The notes beneath the pieces are model-generated. The model worked only from the letters and a program-made list of their open reading frames with translations, did not search any database and was not told the origin of the DNA. Positions 8,917 through 17,626 of a stretch of 64,000 nt of DNA are shown piece by piece (the stretch's first letter is position 1; every line of letters starts with the position of its first letter). Both the position numbers and the translations under genes were made by a program. The stretch is from Bdellovibrionia bacterium (GTDB lineage Bacteria > Bdellovibrionota > Bdellovibrionia > Bdellovibrionales > JAGQZY01). Location: the NCBI GenBank assembly GCA_030427805.1, contig JAUICP010000003.1:131758-195757 (forward strand). Direction: 5' to 3'.

Positions 8917-11900
8917 GTGCTTAAAAATCTGAAAATAGTTGCTATTTTACTACTCTTTACCATTACCGGATTGGCCCAATCGAACGACATCAGCACAATA
9001 GGACAAAACCTTCCAGCTGAGCAAAACGTCGCTATTTCGTCATCAAATATTGGCCTTGTTCGCTCTTGGCACCTTAGAAAAGCTCTCAGAGAGGGACTCC
9101 GTCTGAGCCAAGATGACTTTAACTTTCTATTTAAATCGAGAGGCCAACGGAATCGAAAGGCCCTTTTTGAGTTCCTTGCCAATCAAAGCACTTCTGATGA
9201 AGCTCAATTAGACCAATTCGGTTTTGCCCTAATGGCCTTTGCCGAATTCGGAATCACATCGACAAAAAGAGAGCGACTCACTACCGATGCACAAACAATA
9301 CTCAAAATCCTGAGTCAACTTCATAACAGTGATGAAAGTCTCAGAGAGAAGGCCAATTCAATTGTTACCGATTATTTACTGGCTGTGTTTAAAGGTCGAA
9401 GTCAAAATCACAAGTATCACCTTGCCGATCTCATAATTTACGGTCACGAACTCGGTCTCGAATTTAGAGAAAATGTTTGGCGACTCCTAGAAAAAAAGGG
9501 GCCCATAGCCTATGCCCAATGGTCCCTTGTTCATGAGACTCTTAAAGACCAACAGAGGGATCCTTCGATTCGCGAACAAGCTTCTATGGCTCTCCGTCAA
9601 TTCAGCTGGGCAAACCACCTCCGATTTAAAAGTGATCAGGTGAGCGAGTGGGCCTACAGTCTGAGCAAGGGTCAAGATTATGCTTCGAATTCGCTTCTCA
9701 GTCAGAGGATTCCCTTTACATCCGCCATACGCGGACTGATCGACCAGAACTCTGGAGCCTCAAGAACCTCTCTCATTCTCTGGTTTAGAGAGGCCAGTAC
9801 ACCGCAAATTCTTAGGCAAATTGCCGTTGCCTATCTTTTTAGTAAAACCACATCTGAAGATCGTAAGTTTCAAAGTGAATTTATTCGCAAAGCAATGACC
9901 GCAAAAGACATTCAGGATTTTAAAGGTCACTTTTACGACGTCAATAGCGGTGAATCCCCTTCTCTGTCTGAAGAGATGTTAAATGTTCTCGCTGAAAGTA
10001 TCCTGCAGATCCAAGCGACAAATAATTATGGTGGGAACCGAGACTCTCAAGACCGAAGAAATCGTGCAACTCAACTTCTAGAGATTTTTGTCCCCCAGGC
10101 GATAGATTATCCCAATACCCTAGGCCATGTCTTGCACTCATCAAATGAATTTGCGAGGAGTTACATTCAAAGAGAACTTCGCGACCGTCCGGCTTCGGTC
10201 GAACAACAACTTCCCCATTTTAAGGCTTTGACTTTTAAAAACCCCATTGGTTTTTTTCGGAAAGCCATTGAAAATATCCAATTTGGAATCAAAGCCGCCA
10301 TCATAGCCAGGCGTAATGGTGTGCTTAACCTAAACGCTGCCATCGACGCCTTAAAAGGACAAACGATCATCAGTGAACGAAGTGATCCACAAAATTTTTC
10401 AAGCTTTCAAATTCAATCCTACCTCCTCAAAAAACTGCTCTCCGTTAGTGATAAGGGTCCCGAAGTTCAAATGATGACCTTCGAAAAAACGATCGCCGAA
10501 ATCGAAGTCTTTTTATCGAGACCTACGGTAGTGAAGTACGCACGGACATCAGAAGATCTTCAGGGAATTTTTGAAAGCCTTGAATCTGAGTATCGGCATC
10601 TCGACTCTGAAATGACCTATGGCAAAGGTTTAGATCAACAAAACCCTATAATTTTAAAAATGCCCAAAGAACTCATCCCTGAGTTGGACGATTTTACCCA
10701 ATCCTTTAGAGACTTTGACATGTATCTCGATATGGGTGGAGCTGTTCAAGGGTTTGCCATGGATCTGTTATCTGCAAACACGAATGGCGGTCGCCTGGCC
10801 CGAGAGATGATTCTCGGCGATCAAGAGATGAAGCAAGACATCGTCTTAAGAAGTACAGGAAGTCTCACTCAAGCTTTTGATCAACTCAAAAGCCGAACTA
10901 AAACGAGTCTCGAATCGGCCACCGATGGGATCAATCCACTTTTTGCCAAGGTATTGATTCACTTTATCGAAAATTACTTTTTAGACTGGAGCTTTTCAGA
11001 GGCACAAGATATTCTCAAACGCATAATTGAAAGGCCCGACCAAAGAAGTCTCGGGCAAATTTTAAGTCTCATCGTTCAATACTCAGACCCCAATGTGATT
11101 AAATTCCTGCAAATCGTTAAGGGTTTCCCTCAGCTTCAAGAAAAGGAAATCCAAGATATCCTTGAGCCCCTTCTCGAAGACAACGTTGCTTCCGCCTACG
11201 AAGACGTACGCTCCCAATTTCACCCGCCCCTCAACTATCGCTTTCTTCTGGGAGGGATTCAAAGATATGGAAAAGTAGGATCCATTGCCGAAGCTCGCTT
11301 TAATTACGTTATTCCCAGCGACCTGAGCTTAGAAGAGGAACAAGAAATTGTTCGGCAAATGAATGACCATCCAGAAGATGTGTTTGAGTTTTTCTGGGGC
11401 GAAGTCGAACCCGGTGTTTTGCCCAACATCAAAAACCCCGACCTAAAAAGAATTGTTTCTCGAACAAAAAGACATGGTATCGAGGACAAAGTCGCTCTGG
11501 GTAAGCGTCGCCTACTCAACGCCGCGAAGGCTATCGATGAAGATCCGGTACTCAAAGAAGCCAACTTTCCAAAAGTCTACGCGGTACTTGAGAACCTCAT
11601 CCTTTTAACCGAACGAGAGACCGACTTTGAACTGACAGCTGAGTACTTAGAAAAGGGAAAAAGCTACAGAAAATCGGTAAGTATTCCAGTTCCAGAGGCG
11701 TTCGGAGATATTACAATCAATTTTTCAACCCCCGAAGCCCTCAGCTCACAAGAACCTAAAGAGGCACAAAACATGGAAGAAGTTCCCGGTCAGTCTTTAG
11801 ATAAATTCGCATCTTCTATTGGCGACAAAGCTGTGGCACAAAAAATCGTTGAAGAAGTCAGTCTACTCTGGCTCGAAGAAGTCCTAATTGGCTCGCGCTT

Positions 11901-12693
11901 TTTTCATGCGGATTTGCAACCTGCTAATATAAAGGTCCACAAAAAAAGTGACTTCGAATACGATGTTTACTTTATTGACTGGGGACTCAGTGGAGAACTG
12001 ACAGTTGAGCAAAAAGATCAGCTTATGCCTTTTGGGCTGAGCTCTTTTGCCGGGGATCTAAAAAAGATTACTGAAATAATTTTTGAACTCTCGGATGAGA
12101 GGCCTGAAGGAGCGAGTATAGAACATCTTCGTGGGGCCCTCCAAGAAAGCATCAATAATTTTCACAGACAAACGGAGTACGCAGGCCCTGGTGTTTCACC
12201 TGCGATTGGTCCCTTGGAGTTCATCGTAATGGCCTACTCCGCCGGTTACAAAATTCCTTTGGACTTCTTTGCTGCGGGCAGAGGACTGGGTACAATTATT
12301 TCGAATCTCTCTTTAGTTGGATCCGACCTCAATCCTAAGCAACTTTTTATAAAACTCTTCGAGAGAAATCCAATGGAAGGCATTCGCGCTGCTTTTTCAA
12401 ATCCGGCCGATGTCATGCGGGCCGCTCGCGATGTTGGCCCCCTTGCACTCTTAAGTCGATTCGCCGGTGGCTTATTTACTTCGGATTCCGAATCCGATTC
12501 GACCCGTCCGGTTCCGCAAATTGAAAACCCGCTCAGTCGGTCTCGGGGCGAACAGGATCAAAGGGAAATCGATCAAAGACAAAGAGAAGAGCTGATTGCC
12601 GAAGAAGAAAGCCAAGGTCTCATCAGGAGAGTGAGGAATCGGTGGAGAAGAGATAGTAGCCGTCCCCTGTGCGAGCACGCTTTTAATTTTTGA
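8917..12693 (+). CDS. Large (1258 aa) signal-peptide protein with a C-terminal ABC1/UbiB-type atypical kinase-like domain
   Basis: GTG start. MLKNLKIVAILLLFTITGLAQS signal-like N-terminus. Around nt 11270-12000: YGKVGSIAEARF, SRFFHADLQPANIKV and YFIDWGLSG, which resemble the ABC1 HADxHPGN and DFG motifs. Acidic/basic low-complexity tail. Confidence 0.6.
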   Translation: MLKNLKIVAILLLFTITGLAQSNDISTIGQNLPAEQNVAISSSNIGLVRSWHLRKALREGLRLSQDDFNFLFKSRGQRNRKALFEFLANQSTSDEAQLDQFGFALMAFAEFGITSTKRERLTTDAQTILKILSQLHNSDESLREKANSIVTDYLLAVFKGRSQNHKYHLADLIIYGHELGLEFRENVWRLLEKKGPIAYAQWSLVHETLKDQQRDPSIREQASMALRQFSWANHLRFKSDQVSEWAYSLSKGQDYASNSLLSQRIPFTSAIRGLIDQNSGASRTSLILWFREASTPQILRQIAVAYLFSKTTSEDRKFQSEFIRKAMTAKDIQDFKGHFYDVNSGESPSLSEEMLNVLAESILQIQATNNYGGNRDSQDRRNRATQLLEIFVPQAIDYPNTLGHVLHSSNEFARSYIQRELRDRPASVEQQLPHFKALTFKNPIGFFRKAIENIQFGIKAAIIARRNGVLNLNAAIDALKGQTIISERSDPQNFSSFQIQSYLLKKLLSVSDKGPEVQMMTFEKTIAEIEVFLSRPTVVKYARTSEDLQGIFESLESEYRHLDSEMTYGKGLDQQNPIILKMPKELIPELDDFTQSFRDFDMYLDMGGAVQGFAMDLLSANTNGGRLAREMILGDQEMKQDIVLRSTGSLTQAFDQLKSRTKTSLESATDGINPLFAKVLIHFIENYFLDWSFSEAQDILKRIIERPDQRSLGQILSLIVQYSDPNVIKFLQIVKGFPQLQEKEIQDILEPLLEDNVASAYEDVRSQFHPPLNYRFLLGGIQRYGKVGSIAEARFNYVIPSDLSLEEEQEIVRQMNDHPEDVFEFFWGEVEPGVLPNIKNPDLKRIVSRTKRHGIEDKVALGKRRLLNAAKAIDEDPVLKEANFPKVYAVLENLILLTERETDFELTAEYLEKGKSYRKSVSIPVPEAFGDITINFSTPEALSSQEPKEAQNMEEVPGQSLDKFASSIGDKAVAQKIVEEVSLLWLEEVLIGSRFFHADLQPANIKVHKKSDFEYDVYFIDWGLSGELTVEQKDQLMPFGLSSFAGDLKKITEIIFELSDERPEGASIEHLRGALQESINNFHRQTEYAGPGVSPAIGPLEFIVMAYSAGYKIPLDFFAAGRGLGTIISNLSLVGSDLNPKQLFIKLFERNPMEGIRAAFSNPADVMRAARDVGPLALLSRFAGGLFTSDSESDSTRPVPQIENPLSRSRGEQDQREIDQRQREELIAEEESQGLIRRVRNRWRRDSSRPLCEHAFNF

Positions 12694-12879
12694 AGACATT
12701 CGCCCATAAACAACTCCTGTCGAGATCCTAACAGAGTCATAATTGACAGATTCTTTTTGAAAAGAGTCTAATTAGGCCGTGGAGACCTAGGCCTCCAAAT
12801 TGCAACTTCCAAAGGTATCAAACAATGCTCTCGAAAAAGCAGGACTTTTAGAGAGACTGAATTGAGACCTGGGGGAAAC

Positions 12880-13080
12880 ATGGAAGTAGAAAATCTTAAC
12901 AACGAACAGTCTGAAAAAAGATATGACTCCTACATCGAAGCAATGAACCAATGCCCGCTTTGCACTACAGAACTGGAAATCGTCTATCGAGTGGAAAGCG
13001 ATCAAGGAAAGGTTCTTGAAGAAGCTCAATGTCCTTCGTGTAAAGTTAAAGCGTCTACTAAAGAGCATCATCTACAATAA
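12880..13080 (+). CDS. Small zinc-ribbon protein (66 aa)
   Basis: CPLC...CPSC pair. GGGGGA lies 5 nt upstream of ATG 12880. Confidence 0.5.
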   Translation: MEVENLNNEQSEKRYDSYIEAMNQCPLCTTELEIVYRVESDQGKVLEEAQCPSCKVKASTKEHHLQ

Positions 13081-13143
13081 ACAGGCGTCAAAGTTTTGAC
13101 CCTAGCCATTCTTTTGACGGGCTCTCACAACTTTTTGACAACA

Positions 13144-14817
13144 TCAAGGAGTGTCGAAAAGGAGAGCTCTCTGGTGGCGGATTTCATCGTCACCCAACAC
13201 CTTGAGATCGAGATTTCGCGCAAAATAAGCCAAAATATCTGACAACTTTCTATAGAAAACATCATCCATAGATTTCGAAATATGGGCGTAATCGATCCAA
13301 CTCGCTAAGGATGCTAATTGCCCCAGCCCCATAGCCAAACTCCGGGCCGAAGCTGTGAACGCCTCTTGCCCCTGCCCCATAGCAGTATTTAGGAAATTCA
13401 TTAATTGTTCCCCCTGGCTAAGCAGGTCACCTTTAAGTTGCGGCGCGCCCGTCAACTTATTGACGGACTCATTGTACCAACTCCAAAACGGATCCAAGCT
13501 CCCCTCTTTGTGGAGGACTCGAAGAACATCAAGACTGAGAATGTTGGTCGTTCCTTCCCAAATCGAAAAGACTTGGACATCTCTGTATAATCGGGGAATT
13601 TCGGTGTCTTCGATGTAACCAGCACCACCGAAGGATTCAACGAGCTCGCTGATACCCATAACACTTTCTTTCGCCGTCCAGAGTTTTAAGACCGGAGTCA
13701 GCAGTCTTAAAAGGTAATTTTCTTCGGCACTCGAGGTATTCACCTCGGTCTTACCCATGAGGTGCGCAACTCGCATCAAAAGGTGAAACTGAGCCTCATG
13801 GCGCAATTCAATATTGTAAAGAGTTCGTACATGTAAAGGGTGATCTTTGAGATACCGTCCAAATGCTTTGCGCTTGTGCCCGTAATCTCTGGCCAACATG
13901 AGACCGCGATTGAGGGTCCCCACAGCACAAGCCGAATTATAAATTCTAGTAATGTTCAAAATGCTCGAAATATTTTTCACACCCTTACCGACTTCGCCAA
14001 TCAACCGCGCTTGGCTCCCCTGAAGTTCCAATTCGGCCGTTGGCATGGCTTTAGTGCCAAGTTTATCTTTTAAACGATTCATCTGAATATGATTCAGTCG
14101 ATTTTCGGAATCGCGAATTTCAAGACAAAACAAACTGAGACCGAGATCTTTATCCCCGTCCCGTAAACGCCCGAGGGCCATTGCCAGTTGGGCCGTAATC
14201 GCCGAGGTAAACCACTTTGTCCCGTACAGTTTATAGAATTCCCCGTCCTTTTCAGCTAATGTTTCGGTTCCGGAAACATCGGAACCACCACTTCGCTCAG
14301 TCATCCACTGCCCAGCGGTCCACATCATTTTTGGGTCGCGACTGATCAGCTTTTTAAAGTAGTCTTCGGCAAAGGCTCCCGGTTTAAATAGTTCTAATAC
14401 CCGAGCTGCGCCATCGGTCATACTCAGAGGACAAATCACAAAAGCACTCGAAGGATGCAGGGCTGCGATCCGAATCATTTGATAGACTCGTGAGTATTCA
14501 GCAAACTCTCTTTCATAGGCACAAGCGACTATTCCATCTTCTGCAACCATGGATTGCATTTGATCCCAAGCCGGATGCATTTCAATATGATCAATTCGTT
14601 TTCCCCAAGCTTCATATCTTATTTGTTTGGGATGATTGGTTTCAGCCAGAACCGAAAGCGGATGATATTTGGAAACAATTCGATCGCCAAACTCGATAAG
14701 TTCAGCTTCGATTTTTGGAAAGGTGTCGGGCGCAGTATTCTGCAAAAAATCTTTATATAGAGCCCGTCCCGCGAAAGGATTTGTCAGTTGCGGACCCTCT
14801 TGAAAGAAACCACCCAT
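13144..14817 (-). CDS. Acyl-CoA dehydrogenase family protein, AidB-like
   Basis: 557 aa. MTERSGGSDVSGTETLAEKDGEFYKLYGTKWFTSA, GGAGYIEDTEIPRLYRDVQVFSIWEGTTN. Confidence 0.85.
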   Translation of the reverse strand: MGGFFQEGPQLTNPFAGRALYKDFLQNTAPDTFPKIEAELIEFGDRIVSKYHPLSVLAETNHPKQIRYEAWGKRIDHIEMHPAWDQMQSMVAEDGIVACAYEREFAEYSRVYQMIRIAALHPSSAFVICPLSMTDGAARVLELFKPGAFAEDYFKKLISRDPKMMWTAGQWMTERSGGSDVSGTETLAEKDGEFYKLYGTKWFTSAITAQLAMALGRLRDGDKDLGLSLFCLEIRDSENRLNHIQMNRLKDKLGTKAMPTAELELQGSQARLIGEVGKGVKNISSILNITRIYNSACAVGTLNRGLMLARDYGHKRKAFGRYLKDHPLHVRTLYNIELRHEAQFHLLMRVAHLMGKTEVNTSSAEENYLLRLLTPVLKLWTAKESVMGISELVESFGGAGYIEDTEIPRLYRDVQVFSIWEGTTNILSLDVLRVLHKEGSLDPFWSWYNESVNKLTGAPQLKGDLLSQGEQLMNFLNTAMGQGQEAFTASARSLAMGLGQLASLASWIDYAHISKSMDDVFYRKLSDILAYFARNLDLKVLGDDEIRHQRALLFDTP

Positions 14818-14955
14818 ATTTGCCTCCTAGTCAAGATCATATTAGCCCCGCCAGCTGAGACCTGTAAAGCCTCTGTGAGGAGCCCCTTTTAACTTGAAAT
14901 CGCGGCCGAGCATCATTAGGATGATCACCACTGAAAAATCCAAATAGGAGGCTTT

Positions 14956-15585
14956 ATGGCTTTGATCACAAAATGTCTCGTCGCCTTATTTTTGCTCGGC
15001 GGTGGCTTCAATTTCACCCAGGCCAATGCAAATGAGGCAAAAACGACAAAATCTGCTGCAAAGAAGGGAAAGAAAATGTCTGAAACCGTTACCGTTATAA
15101 TGGATACTTCAATGGGTGGACCCATCGAAATCGAACTCTACGCAAATAAAGCTCCAGAAACAGTTAAAAATTTCTTAGCCTACGTGGATGACAACTTCTA
15201 TAACGGCACTATATTTCACCGCGTTATTGATAATTTCATGATTCAGGGCGGTGGCTTTACAACAGATATGAAGCAAAAAGGCACAAAAGATCCCATTAAA
15301 AACGAAGCCGATAACGGTCTCACGAATGACAAATACACGGTGGCGATGGCGCGCACAAATGTCGTAGACAGTGCCACAGCTCAGTTCTTTATCAATGTTA
15401 AAGACAATGACTTCCTCAACCACAAAAGTAAAACACCCAATGGCTATGGATACGCCGTATTCGGAAAAGTAGTCGCCGGGACAGAGATCGTCGACAAAAT
15501 CAAGGCGGTTAAGGTGAAGGAATCCCAAGTGTCAGAGGCATTCCCTCTCGAAACGATCACAATCAAGTCGATTAAGAGAAAGTAA
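14956..15585 (+). CDS. ppiA: Periplasmic cyclophilin-type peptidyl-prolyl isomerase
   Basis: Signal peptide. FHRVIDNFMIQGGGF, YTVAMARTN...SATAQFFIN, GYAVFGKVV. Confidence 0.9.
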   Translation: MALITKCLVALFLLGGGFNFTQANANEAKTTKSAAKKGKKMSETVTVIMDTSMGGPIEIELYANKAPETVKNFLAYVDDNFYNGTIFHRVIDNFMIQGGGFTTDMKQKGTKDPIKNEADNGLTNDKYTVAMARTNVVDSATAQFFINVKDNDFLNHKSKTPNGYGYAVFGKVVAGTEIVDKIKAVKVKESQVSEAFPLETITIKSIKRK

Positions 15586-15595
15586 GGCTGGTACC

Positions 15596-16252
15596 TTGGG
15601 ATTTGAAGAGCAAATTAGTCTCTGGTTTTCAGACTATGCCTACCAACCCCTGTGGGTTTATTTTGGCGTTTGCTTTTTTATGTTCGCATCGAGCTTCGGT
15701 TTACCTCTTCCCGAAGAGGTCACCTTGGTAAGTGCAGGGCTCGTGGCTTATATGGCCATGCACCCCCATAAATACCCTCCACCGGATGAGGGCGTTCCCG
15801 TTAATGTTTACTTACTCGCTACGATTTGCTTTTTGGCTGTCATCAGTTCTGACTATTTAATTTACTGGCTCGGCCGTCATTTTGGGCGGCCCCTCGTCAA
15901 AAAGCCTCGCTTTAAAAAGTACTTCCCACCTTCGGTGATTACACGAATTGAGAACTGGGTTCAGGCCTATGGTGTCTGGGCTGCGGGCCTCTTTCGCTTT
16001 ACACCAGGTCTTCGTTTTCCGGGCCATATGATGTGCGGAATGATGCATCTTCCTCGCTGGAAATTTCTAGCTGTGGACGGTACTGCCGCCCTTCTCACGG
16101 TGCCGACACAAATTCTTTTGGTCGCCTTCTACGGCGAAACCATTCTAGAGAAGTTTGGACAGTTTAAACTCTACATCGGCGGAGCGCTCCTACTTATTCT
16201 TCTAACTGTGATCCTTCGCCGGGTCTATAAATGGCAAAGTTCACGAAGCTAG
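15596..16252 (+). CDS. DedA-family membrane protein
   Basis: TTG start. GLPLPEEVTLVSAG and FRFTPGLRFPG motifs, several TM helices. Its TAG stop is completed by the first base of the IS element. Confidence 0.8.
   Translation: MGFEEQISLWFSDYAYQPLWVYFGVCFFMFASSFGLPLPEEVTLVSAGLVAYMAMHPHKYPPPDEGVPVNVYLLATICFLAVISSDYLIYWLGRHFGRPLVKKPRFKKYFPPSVITRIENWVQAYGVWAAGLFRFTPGLRFPGHMMCGMMHLPRWKFLAVDGTAALLTVPTQILLVAFYGETILEKFGQFKLYIGGALLLILLTVILRRVYKWQSSRS
16243..16251. repeat. Left copy of the 9-bp target-site duplication ACGAAGCTA
   Basis: Identical 9-mer at 17430-17438, directly flanking the IS inverted repeats. Confidence 0.75.
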
Positions 16253-16306
16253 TAAACTGACCCAGTTTGATGTTGGGACCTAAATTCAATACGCGTGGTA
16301 TCTTAT

Positions 16307-17209
16307 ATGCAGTATCACCAATCAATGAAAAGGTACTGCCCGAAATGCCCCCAACGCCACTTAGAAATTCGAAAACACGGATTTTTCAAACGAAAATCCG
16401 ACTACAAAACTATCCAACGATTCAAATGTATTCGTTGTAATACCACTTTTTCTAAGGCTTCAACACAAATGTGCATCCACCAAAACAAAAGACATTTAAA
16501 TTCAATCATCCTCAAACTCATCGCCAGCAAGAACTCCCAGAGACGAATCGCACTTCTTCTTGGCATTAGTAAAAATACCGTCGCTACAAAAATTAAATTT
16601 CTAGCCCGGACCGCCCGAGAGAAAAATCGACATCAGTTGAAGCAAAGTTCGTCAATCCAAGAAATTATTTTCGATGACATGGAAACCTTCGAACACAGTA
16701 AGATGAAGCCTCTCAGCATTACGGTGGTCGTGGAAAAGTACACTCAAAGAATTTTGGGAGCCAGAGCTTCTATTATGCCCGCTAAAGGTCTACTTGCTAA
16801 AAGGTCGCGAAAAAAATATGGCAAAAGAAAAGATCAAAGACACAAAACGAGAGAACAACTTTTCCAGGACCTTAAAAACACAATTGGACCTCCTGTTACG
16901 ATCGAGTCCGATCAAAATCCCCATTACATTAAAAGTGTTACCCGATACTTCCCCAAGGCAGAATACATTCAGTATAGAGGACGAAGAGGATGTGTCGTTG
17001 GTCAAGGTGAACTCAAAGAAGGAGGCTTCGATCCTCTTTTTTATCTCAATCACACCTGTGCCATGATTCGAGATAACTTAGGCTGTCTGGTCAGAAGGAC
17101 CTGGTGCACATCTAAAACAATTCACCACCTTCAGGATCGTCTTGATATCTACACCTATTTTCACAACACCTTTCTATTGAAAAGCCGAAAGAAAGCAGCC
17201 TACACTTAG
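16307..17209 (+). CDS. IS1-like transposase (zinc ribbon + HTH + DDE-type catalytic region, no frameshift)
   Basis: CPKC...CIRC zinc ribbon. HTH SQRRIALLLGISKNTVATKIKF, as in IS1 InsA. FDDMETFEH and ESDQNPHY acidic motifs. C-terminal LNHTCAMIRDNLGCLVRRTWCTSKTIHHLQDRLDIYTYFHN parallels the IS1 InsB tail, and also resembles IS1595. The start (16295, 16307 or 16325) is uncertain. Confidence 0.7.
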   Translation: MQYHQSMKRYCPKCPQRHLEIRKHGFFKRKSDYKTIQRFKCIRCNTTFSKASTQMCIHQNKRHLNSIILKLIASKNSQRRIALLLGISKNTVATKIKFLARTAREKNRHQLKQSSSIQEIIFDDMETFEHSKMKPLSITVVVEKYTQRILGARASIMPAKGLLAKRSRKKYGKRKDQRHKTREQLFQDLKNTIGPPVTIESDQNPHYIKSVTRYFPKAEYIQYRGRRGCVVGQGELKEGGFDPLFYLNHTCAMIRDNLGCLVRRTWCTSKTIHHLQDRLDIYTYFHNTFLLKSRKKAAYT

Positions 17210-17235
17210 TTCACTTTATAAATTGAATCCTAATT

Positions 17236-17414
17236 CTTTGTTTGTGGGATGAGGAGAATCATTCTTTGTGGAAAGTGTTATGGGGGTTCATTTTTAGGGC
17301 TCTTGCCAGCCGGATGCGACCTGGGCAAGAAGGGCAGGAGCCCGGCCCTAAAAATGGACTCCCAGAATACTTGGAACAACTAGAACCTGATTCTCCTCGT
17401 ACCAAAAACACAGG
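17236..17414. repeat. ~180-nt imperfect long inverted repeat (extended hairpin) inside the IS 3' region
   Basis: Exact pairing blocks are GAGGAGAATCA (17251-17261) with TGATTCTCCTC (17388-17398), and CATTTTTAGGGC (17289-17300) with GCCCTAAAAATG (17345-17356). Also CTTGCC/GGCAAG near a GC-rich apex, and outer TTTGTTTGTGG with CCAAAAACACA. Confidence 0.65.
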
Positions 17415-17429
17415 AATATGGGTCAGTTT

Positions 17430-17438
17430 ACGAAGCTA
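17430..17438. repeat. Right copy of the 9-bp target-site duplication ACGAAGCTA
   Basis: See 16243-16251. Confidence 0.75.
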
Positions 17439-17442
17439 ATGA

Positions 17443-17470
17443 GTGTCTCATTATGAGACACGTGCGTTCT
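17443..17470 (+). terminator. Probable dedA intrinsic terminator, displaced by the IS insertion
   Basis: GTGTCTC-ATTAT-GAGACAC hairpin followed by GTGCGTTCTT, a weak U-tract. Confidence 0.45.
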
Positions 17471-17626
17471 TGACGCTTGTTCACTATTTGTTCGCACGTA
17501 TAAATATCTGTGAGAAGTCAGACTTCTAACCCTGATCTGCAAAATTTGCGCGCTAGAACTGGCGTAATTCTTGGAACTATTAGCAGGTAGAAGGGGAGAA
17601 TTGCTTACAAGGTTTTGGTTTCGAAA

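Larger units (their letters stand above)
16252..17431 (+). mobile_element. IS1-family-like insertion sequence (~1.18 kb, single-ORF type)
   Basis: Terminal inverted repeats GTAAACTGACCCA (16252-16264) and TGGGTCAGTTTAC (17419-17431). Flanking direct repeat ACGAAGCTA. One transposase ORF. The exact end (17429 vs 17431) is ambiguous because AC can belong to either the IR or the TSD. Confidence 0.7.

Noticed and set aside
12748-12800. AGATTCTTTT-TG-AAAAGAGTCT hairpin and GGAGACCTAGGCCTCC palindrome as the terminator of the 1258-aa gene.
   Set aside because: The first has an AT-rich stem with a 2-nt loop and no U-tract. The second has no loop. Neither fits an intrinsic terminator.
13094-13139. 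Three TTTTGAC copies (13094, 13112, 13133) between convergent genes as a regulator-binding array.
   Set aside because: It is a short AT-rich 7-mer with irregular spacing (18 and 21 nt), located at the 3' ends of two genes. Chance occurrence is plausible.
16307-17209. Calling the transposase catalytically dead because the position I align with the IS1 catalytic Glu reads Asn (LNHTCAMIR vs IERHNLNLR).
   Set aside because: My by-eye alignment is too uncertain. The related IS1595-type families use DDN/DDH variants. The intact IRs and TSD argue for activity.
17242-17439. 65-aa ORF inside the IS 3' region as a second IS gene.
   Set aside because: It coincides exactly with the long imperfect palindrome, has a low-complexity Pro/Gly/Glu composition, and has no RBS. 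It is more likely an artefact of the hairpin sequence.
17470-17504. TTGACG ... TATAAA as the promoter of the Sel1-repeat gene.
   Set aside because: I count a 23-nt spacer, which is too long for a sigma70-type promoter.
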